A stretch of DNA of 64,000 nt from Iphione sp. A-MEVVRFRX5 (Eukaryota). The number at the start of each line of letters is the position of its first letter. The stretch's first letter is position 1. Both the position numbers and the translations under genes were made by a program. Below are positions 52,501-61,500 of the stretch, one piece after another. The notes under the pieces are model-generated. The model searched no databases, was not told where the DNA came from, and saw only the letters and a list, made by a program, of their open reading frames with translations. The DNA lies in the NCBI GenBank assembly GCA_976226885.1, contig OZ320314.1, positions 6,882,001 through 6,946,000 on the forward strand, given 5' to 3'.

Positions 52501-55500
52501 TGCTGCTGCTCTGCTGAAATGCATCAATTGGAACATATTTTGGGGGGACCCAAGACCTTTATTTGTTGGTCAGAGCTGGGGACACCCCTAAATAGGGATG
52601 CTTTCACTGGGAGCCAAAGCTTTCCCCGTTTTACCGCATTTTAACAGAAGATTCAATTTGCATGTCTTACCTATTAATGTTTTTGTTTGCTTTCTCCTAG
52701 TGTCGAAGGAATGGTCTTGAATGAGCCAGATTTTAGCGCTGTTAGTATGTATCACCAATTTCAAATAAACCAATTTGTTATGCAAAATATCTGAGTACTG
52801 TATATAATCTGTATTAAATATATTCAGAATTGCAGTTTTTATACGTTTCAAATCAATAGTCATAATCAATTTGAATTGGATTTGAAATATATATGTTTAT
52901 GTACATCATTTCTATCTTATCTGCCTTATACTTTATTGCCCCGTCAATCTTCATTTTCTTAAAAAATACAATACTAATGAATACACAAGAAATCATTTGG
53001 AGGGGGGGATATTTATTCATACACATCATAGTCTCTTGAGACTGCTACATCCATCAAATATACAATCATTTAGATAAACATTGAACATACAAGATGGTCT
53101 CTTGAGACCGCAATACCACAATTCTTACAGGCAGTAATTCATCAAATTGTTGTACACAAAAGAATAATATTCACTATCATAGCATCAATTTTTAATAAGC
53201 TTTTCCGTGAACTGGGTGGGTGGGCAGTGGTTATTTCAGCTCACTGCATTCAAAACCCAACTGACGCTTCTGGGCCGCCTCACGGTGGGGGTACACATCA
53301 AACACTCTAGGGGGCGCCACTCGCTTGACGCAATACATTACTAACACCTGGCGTTAGTCAACCTATTGCCCCGTCAATCTTCATTTTCTTAAAAAATACA
53401 ATACTAATGAATACACAAGAAATCATTTGGAGGGGGGGATATTTATTCATACACATCATAGTCTCTTGAGACTGCTACATCCATCAAATATACAATCATT
53501 TAGATAAACATTGAACATACAAGATGGTCTCTTGAGACCGCAATACCCAATCCCAAAGGGGTGTTATGCCCAGTTATCATAACCTGTCATTAACTGGGCT
53601 GCCTGGATTGAAGCGAGATGCCTACTCGTGTACCTAGAAGACCCTGGCATGGATTTCCATGTGCCTTGGGCTAAAATCTGGCTATCAGAGGCGCCCGCCA
53701 ACTGGAGGGCTTGGGCGCCTCCTCTCCTAAAGCTATGTAGGCTGTATTTGCTCGGGGAGTATCCCAGATGGGATAATATTTTTCTGAAAACAGTTGTAAG
53801 CTTTCTGACAGTGAAGGGCCTGCCGTAGAGGGGGTCTACAAACAAAGGCTGTAAACCAGTTGTAGTGGGGCATGTTTTAAACATGGATTTGATGGCGCCC
53901 ACTGGGCAACACTCTGAATTAATACGAGGAATTGTAATTGTCTCGGGAGGGCCGGACCTAATGGTCTTTGACCATTTTATGCTAACGTGGATGAAGTCTC
54001 GTGAAAATGTGAGGTCGCTCCTAGTCAATTGCTTGTTTGAGTCAAACTGATCCTGGGTTTTAGGGGATATATTACTTTGTCTCAATAATGAAAAGAAAAG
54101 AAAGGCAAATATGGCTTTGAGTACGATACCCAGCCGACCGAGCTTAGTCAAGTACTTGACTATTTCTTTTAACATGAATAGGGTAACTGGTAGTTTCGGG
54201 TCTACCTGGTGGGAACTGGTCATTTGAATGGCTTTTAGGGATGCTGAAACCTGTGGGGAGGTGAAGGAGCTGGGGTCGTACTCTTTCTGAACAACCACAT
54301 ATTTAAGGGATGAAATATACTGTGAGCAAACTTGTGGGCTAAGCCCTTGCAGGGATAGGTATTCGATGTACAGCATGAGTTGGTATACCTTTAGGGAGTC
54401 TACTGGAAAATTATAATGGAGGCAGAAAGCCAGGCCTAACTCTGCTTGCTGGAGGCGCCGTTGGTGTGTTGCTGGAGTGACAGCTTCTCTCTGACGTTGT
54501 ATAGCTCTTTGTGCCAATGGAATCAGCTCTGGTACTGTGAAAATATCAGAATGACAAGATTTCTATAACGTTCTTATGAGTGGGAAACACCTTTGCACAT
54601 GTAGGGTTTTCAATCATGAACCTTTTGACTATAGCTTGGAATTTGGGAGACATAGATATACGTGACAAGGCATCAGCATAGATCATTTCTGAACCGGGTC
54701 TGTGAGTAAAGAGTAGGCTAGTGTTGTTAGTTGAGGCTTTCATCCATACTGCTCTGGCTATCTTAGATAAGAAGCGATCTCGGGTTCGACCTGATGATAA
54801 TACAAAAATAATAGCGGAATTGTCGCAGACAATTTCAACTCTCCTATTACAGTGATATGGTGACAACAATGTATACACGGCAAGAGCGACATTGAATGGG
54901 GAAATTGGTAACCGTTTAACATCATGGGGTAGTGGTACAGAGTAAAACATGGTAGAGGAGTAGGCGCCGAGGCCATTCAGAGAAGCATCGCAAAAGATTA
55001 TATCTACAGGTTTGGGTGGGGGAATGGTGTAAACACCGTTGAAATGTGGGAGAAATTCACAAAACCAATGTAAATCCTTGAGTGACTGATCGTTTAGAAT
55101 TATAATTTTCTTCTGTGACCTCTTGGCTAACCTCAGTTGGTCCAGCATAGAGTTGATGAAGAATTTTGAAGATGGGCAACACCTTGAAATAAAATTAATA
55201 AGCCCTAGTATGGATTGCATTTGAGTAAGCGAGACAGTTGGTGTGGTAATAAATTTTTGTACATCAGATATAAGTGATTGGATCTTTTGCATTGGGATGG
55301 ACATTCTTTTAATATCGGTCTGAAATCTCACTCCTAACCACACAGTGTCGTGGGAGGGGCTACTGCATTTTTCATGGGCTACCTGCAGGCCCAATGAAGA
55401 AAACATAAGTTTAGCTTTGTGGTAGGCTGACCGTGCTGTGTCAAGATTGGGATGAAGAAAAATGAAATCATCTAGGTATGCAAGGGCAACTAGGCCTGGA

Positions 55501-58500
55501 ACCTGACTGGATATCTTATGGCATATTACTTCTGAAATGGATTGTAGAAGGAGGGATGAATACCGGGTACCGAATGGAAGAGACAGATCGGTAAAAAACT
55601 GATTATTAAATTTGAAGGTAAGCAGGGGCCAGTCCAAAGGGTCTATGGGAAAATGCCTATAGGCTCTTTTTATATCTATTGTAGAGACAAATAATGGGGA
55701 CGTAGAATTGGCGATTAGTGAGGCTATGTAGTCGGTAGACGGCAGCTGCACCCTGGCTGGAATAGAGTAATAGTTATTGCAAGGAATATAGTCGTTAACA
55801 TGGCTATGACTGAGATCAACAATAATTCGTCTGTCTGTGGAACCTTTTTTGGGTCTGGTGGTAATTGGGCTTAGGACTGACCTCGGTTTGAAGGGGTCAA
55901 CGTTGTATGGACCAGATATGGCCTGATACGATAACTCTGTACACACATATTTCTCAACATGGGAGTGATCACCTGGGGATAATGGATACAACTTTTTGCA
56001 ATGGTTGGGTATTGTTGAACCAACGAATCCTAGCGGAAAACCGTACATAATAAATTGTAAGATCATAAATTCTGAGGGATCGTCCGGGGTGAGTAGCTCA
56101 AACCACTTATTCAGATTCAAGCATGAGGGAAGCTGAATTTTGGCCTCCAGGTGATTAGGGAGACCAGTTTGCCTCACGGTGGAATATATTTTGGCAAGGG
56201 AGTCACTGTAACACTGGGATGGAGTCGGCCATGCTGAGGCCCTGGAGGCTATGAGTCTATAGTGAGTTGATGGGACAACATCTGGAGATGAATCGTAGAT
56301 TAAGATGGGGTCGAGCTGTATTTCTTCATAGTGGTAGGGTCTGTCGTTTACCACTCTGGGTCCTGTCGTGGTCGTCGAGAATCGTTGTAGGTGCCCTGCC
56401 TCTGGGTCGTCTGTCCTGGTAGGGGTTGTTGCCTCTTGGAGCGACACTGGTCGTGCTTGTGCTCCAGCTTCTTGTTGGTTGCGTAGAGGCAGTAGGGGCA
56501 AACGTGCAATAGAAATATATCATTAACGATATGAGGGGATGACTCACTACATTTGCCGTTGTTCCATTTAGGGCATGGCACCGAATTATCCTTAGTAGGG
56601 TACATTGCTTTGGCTTTACTGTCCCTCAAATGAGTGTTAATTGCCCTCTGTTTCATCTTTTCAATCCTATCAGACTCTGACCACTGGAGCCTATCGTTTG
56701 TTGTGTACTGCCATATTTCATGTACCCATTCTTTAATGGCATCCCAGGTGGATGCGTGCACTTCTTCTGAGACATCTCTGACGTGGTCTAGAATCACGTC
56801 TGTATCACACTGTTGAATTACAGAATCATCAAGTAGCATTGACATAACGCCTGATATGTACTGAGGGAAGGACGCTTTCCTCAGGTCAGAGGTTGTAGTG
56901 TCTTTAAGGATAATGTACTTGGCAGGGTGAGGTTTGGACAATCTCTTACCTACGGTCTCCAGTGCCTCTGGATACATGGTAGAAAAGATTTCCTTGATTT
57001 TTCCGGCTTCCTCAGCCTTCAGATGAGTTGGGTCAGGTACTGCATTCGAATCACTGTGACCGTTGGGGTCCTGGTTGAGTGTACCCGTGTCGTCGCTGCC
57101 GCTGCCCGAGCCACTGGCCAAGTGGTTATGTAATGACCTGGCCGCTGAGCGGGTCACCACTGTTTGGGGTTGCCTATGCTTGCCTTTTCCTTTATTTCCT
57201 GATGTTGTTGGAATCGAGTCAAGGCGATCTTCAATGGCTTGTATTTTACTTAGCAACTTGCTAAGCAATTCAGCAGAAGCGACCTGTTCAGGAGGGTCAT
57301 TTCTGGTATCAGGCATGACGAAGCTTGGGGCTATTGGCTAGCGAGTATGGTTCGGCCTGTGTTCAGCTCACTGCATTCAAAACCCAACTGACGCTTCTGG
57401 GCCGCCTCACGGCGGGGGTACACATCAAACACTCTAGGGGGCGCCACTCGCTTGACGCAATACATTACTAACACCTGGCGTTAGTCAACCTATTGTTGCT
57501 AATTGTAAAACTTCAACATTATTGAGTTGACATGCAAGCAAATAATATGAACAGTTAAAAAAGCATGTAGACCCAGTTATTCAGGGTTTCTATAATTGAC
57601 CAATTGCCAACGGTTGAATAAATGGGTACTACCGATGTCTTTTTTTATCATTTGTGACATCATAATGGGAATCGACCAAGTAAATCACTTAAAACTGTGA
57701 CAATGTCACAATTTGGTGACAGTTGTGTCTACCCCACCCATTTATTTGACCATTAGCGAATGGCTCATTGTGTGAAATATACGTCATATTTATTTTATGC
57801 GGACAGTCCCAATCACTTGGGGGCCTTTCGCCAAGGATGTGGACAGCCTCATTCAGATGATGAAGGTATTATGGGATGGATTAGCCCTGGGTGACAACGA
57901 CCCGGAATGTGTTCCACTTCCTTTCCAGAACGAGGTAATTTTACAAAGGTATCCCTGCTACTGAGATTAAGTGCAATTTGGATGTAATTTAAACATATAT
58001 ATAGAGAGAGTAATGTTTATGATATAAGATGTTTATGTTAATAGTACAGCTAATGCTAGAGTCAAGAATCTTTGAACACACACAATGTATACTATCACCT
58101 GTGTAAACGCACTTACCCTGCAGAGACACATCCATAAGAGCTTTAGCTTTTATTGTGGGCTGTTCGGAATAATGTTATATACTTACACAGTAGTACCACA
58201 CCCCCTCTCCGCCATTACCGATGGCGAACTGCGAATACATCCTAACCAATGATCTTTTGGGGGAGAATTTGGAAAGCCTGCTCACACTTTCTTCCCCTTT
58301 AACAAATCCCTTATGGCCGGCCAGTGCTGGGGATCCAAAGAGAAATTGTCACATTTGTTAATGTCTGATGTCACAAAAAACACAATTTCAGCATTAATTT
58401 AGTTAGTAGTGAAAGTGCTATACCCGTGGACGTGAATGGTTGGCGTGCACAAAGTGGCATGACTTGTGCAGCCCGGACCGTCCTGCAACAGGTGGCAGGG

Positions 58501-61500
58501 TCTACCCCCATGTACGCAAATAGTTCACATGGACCTTCTAATGTCAATGTCTATGTCTATGTCTCTGTCTGTCTATGTCTATGTCTATCTCAATGTATTC
58601 CTGTCAAATTTGTGTAAGTAATGTGTTTTTTGTGCAGATCTCATTGAATTTCTGTCAAATTTGTGTAAAAATGTGTTTTTTGGGCAGATCTCACTGAGTT
58701 CATGTCAAATTTGTGTAAATGATGTGTTTTTTGTGCAGTAGTAAAGTAGGTAGTGCAGTAGAGTAAGTAGAGTGCAGTATTTTACGGTATACCCAGCCCA
58801 CACAAAGTGGTGTGGTCCGGGATTCCCGGACGAACCTGGATCATCCCGCACAGACAAGGTTGCGTGTACGGGAAGTCCGCGCACATGGGTATAGATCTAT
58901 CTTAACTGCTTGGACCATACATCCCGCACTCTATGCAGAGAGTGGCGGGTCCGGAAGGTTCGCGCACATGGGTATAGCGCTGAAGGAAGTTTGTTGCCTT
59001 TGTCACAGGTATTGTTATTTTGTTAATAGCGACAGGTTTGCCCCCATCACTGCCACCCAAAGCATCAGCCACAGAAAATAGAGATTACAGAGGGACCACT
59101 TTCATTAAACAGGCATATTGGCCGATGTTTACAGGTTGTAGAAAGCACAAGACCTCTCCGCGTCGGTTACTACATAGACAGGGAAGGCTTTCCGACATTC
59201 TCAGCATGTGTGCGTGCTGTGCATATGGCAAAGGAATGCTTCCTGGCCGAAGGTCATGAGGTAGGAATTTACATATATTTCAGTCTATGATAAGGCCCCC
59301 CAAAAAATAGGTGTGTTTCTGGTAACGGCCCACCAAAAACCTAGGTAGGGAGGGGGGGTATCTTTTTTTTTTTTAATAATTTTTTTCCATTTTCTTCCTC
59401 TGGTTTTCAATTATAAGAAAGATGATATGGAGAATTTTGACCAATTTGATGAGTTTTACTGTTCTTTGCTGAATTTCCGTGGATTTTCTTGTTTTTTTAC
59501 TGAATTTACCAAAAACATGTGCTATGAAAACATAAATTTAAGGAAATTCAGCCTTCAAAACTCTTTGGGGCCAACAATTTTTTAGGTAGGGTGAGGTTTT
59601 GCTAGGTAGGGGTGGGTTACCAGAAACACACCTATATTTTTTTTTTGCCTAAGCAGAGGGATGGGGGCAGGGGAAGCAAGGCAGTGGCTTAAATGAAGGT
59701 TTAACAGAAATTATTCCATTCACCTTCATTATGGTCATCTAACCCATCAAAAGCATGGATAAGTTGTTTCCTTTTCCTACTATACAGATGAAACTGCAAA
59801 ACTGAACACCCCAAAACCGGAATTTCCCGAATCCAAACAAACTTTACTTGGATGAACCTTATTTCACCGCTAAAATACTCACATAACGAAGCATTTTTAT
59901 CTAAAATCTGAACGATTTGTGGTAAAATGTGTCTGGGATTTGCTGAATTTGGCTGAGTTTTGCCGATTTTTGGTTGAATTTGCTTGAATTTTGCCTAAAA
60001 CATCACAGTCACATCACTATGAAATACTAGTTAAAAGTATTGACTGTGTTTGGAAGGAGGCAGAAAATATAAAAGGCCAAAAAATAGGTGTGTTTCTGGT
60101 AATGACCAGCCAAAAATCTTTTTTATTCTTCCTCTGGTTTTCAATAATGATAAAAACAACATCAAGAATATGGACCAATCTGAATGAGTTTTACAGATTT
60201 AGTGAATTTCCAAGGATTTTGCTGTTTTTCTACTGAATTTAGCAAAAACATGTATCGTGAAAACACATGTCTCAGGAAAGTCAGCCTTGGAAACACTTTG
60301 GGGCCAAAAACTTTGTAGGTAGGGTAAGATTTTACCAGGTAGGGGTGGGTTAGCAGAAACACACCTATATTTTTTGGGGGGGGGCCTAAAAAGAATTCCA
60401 TCCTGCCATAGCAGAGCTACCTCTAGGAATCAGCAGAATGTGAACAGTGTTGTAGTTTCATTCTGACATTGTTATGCAATGAGTTGATCAGTCAGCTTTC
60501 ACTGGAAGGGAATAGAAAGATAGAACTGCACATAGACGAATGCCTTGTTAATTTGACGGAGATAATTGGGGACTGTTCCTCTTGTAGCAAAGCTTCCTGT
60601 AAGAATCAGAAGAATGCAAGCATTGTTGCCGCATCATTTGATATTTGATATTTCTTTATTCATCTCATCTCGCATTACATATAGTAACTGGAGGTCTTCC
60701 AGCGATAGGAAAGAATAGTAATAGATGAAAAGAAATATGAAACAATATTGATAAACCACTTTGACAGAAGCTCGGATTGATTCAGCAGCATGATATAAGT
60801 TGGTCGAGCGTGAGAGTAGTTTTCAGACTATCTTTCTGTTAACAACGTTCTGTTATTGATAGAATTGATACTCAGTAAAGCCTTGTAGTGTTTTATATTG
60901 TCTTTGCACTGCACATTTATGTCCGTGAAGCTACTATATGTCCTTGGTTGTTGATTATATCACCTAGACAATGCCTCTACGTTCTCTACCTTCTCTCTCG
61001 CTCTCAAACTTCTTGAGTGCTAGTTTGAATTTGTTGAAGCTACCTTCAGCTCTTAGGCTTGGTGGTAGGCAATTCCATCATTTGACACTGTCATACCAGA
61101 AGTTCTTCATACTCTTTGCATTAACTGGCTTGTAGAGCTCCATGGTAGGACCTAGACTTTGCCTTGTTGCACGCCTATTGAGCTTCTCGTGGCAGAGACC
61201 CAATTGAGATAGTTTATGGATCATACATATTCCCTGGGTCCTGCCCCTCTCCTCCAACCCTGGTAGATGCAGTTGTTTTCTCAGTGCTCTAGCAGATTTC
61301 ATAGTCCTCCGTGTTCCCATCAGTACCCGCTTTAAGAGGCTGTTGTATTCAATCTGCAACTTGGACAATGTCTTCTTACCAGCATGTATCACATAGCACA
61401 GTCCATATTCGAAGATAGGTTCAATGAAGGACTTGAATAATCTGGCCCTGTCCTTGAATTGTAGAAGTGATGTGACTCTCGATAAGGCCTTCCCTCGCTG

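Larger units (their letters stand above)
52934..57495 (-). mobile_element. Complete Ngaro-type (split direct repeat) tyrosine-recombinase retrotransposon in FAAH intron 8
   Basis: On the - strand the order is A1 (57362-57495), gag, RT-RNaseH, YR, B1 (53364-53547), A2 (53235-53368), 117-bp spacer, B2 (52934-53117). A1/A2 differ at one base and B1/B2 read identical. No methyltransferase domain follows RNase H, consistent with Ngaro rather than DIRS1. Confidence 0.93.

Noticed and set aside
54546-54760. DIRS1-type adenine methyltransferase domain after RNase H
   Set aside because: The ORF ends about 30 aa after ADALSR with no methyltransferase motifs.
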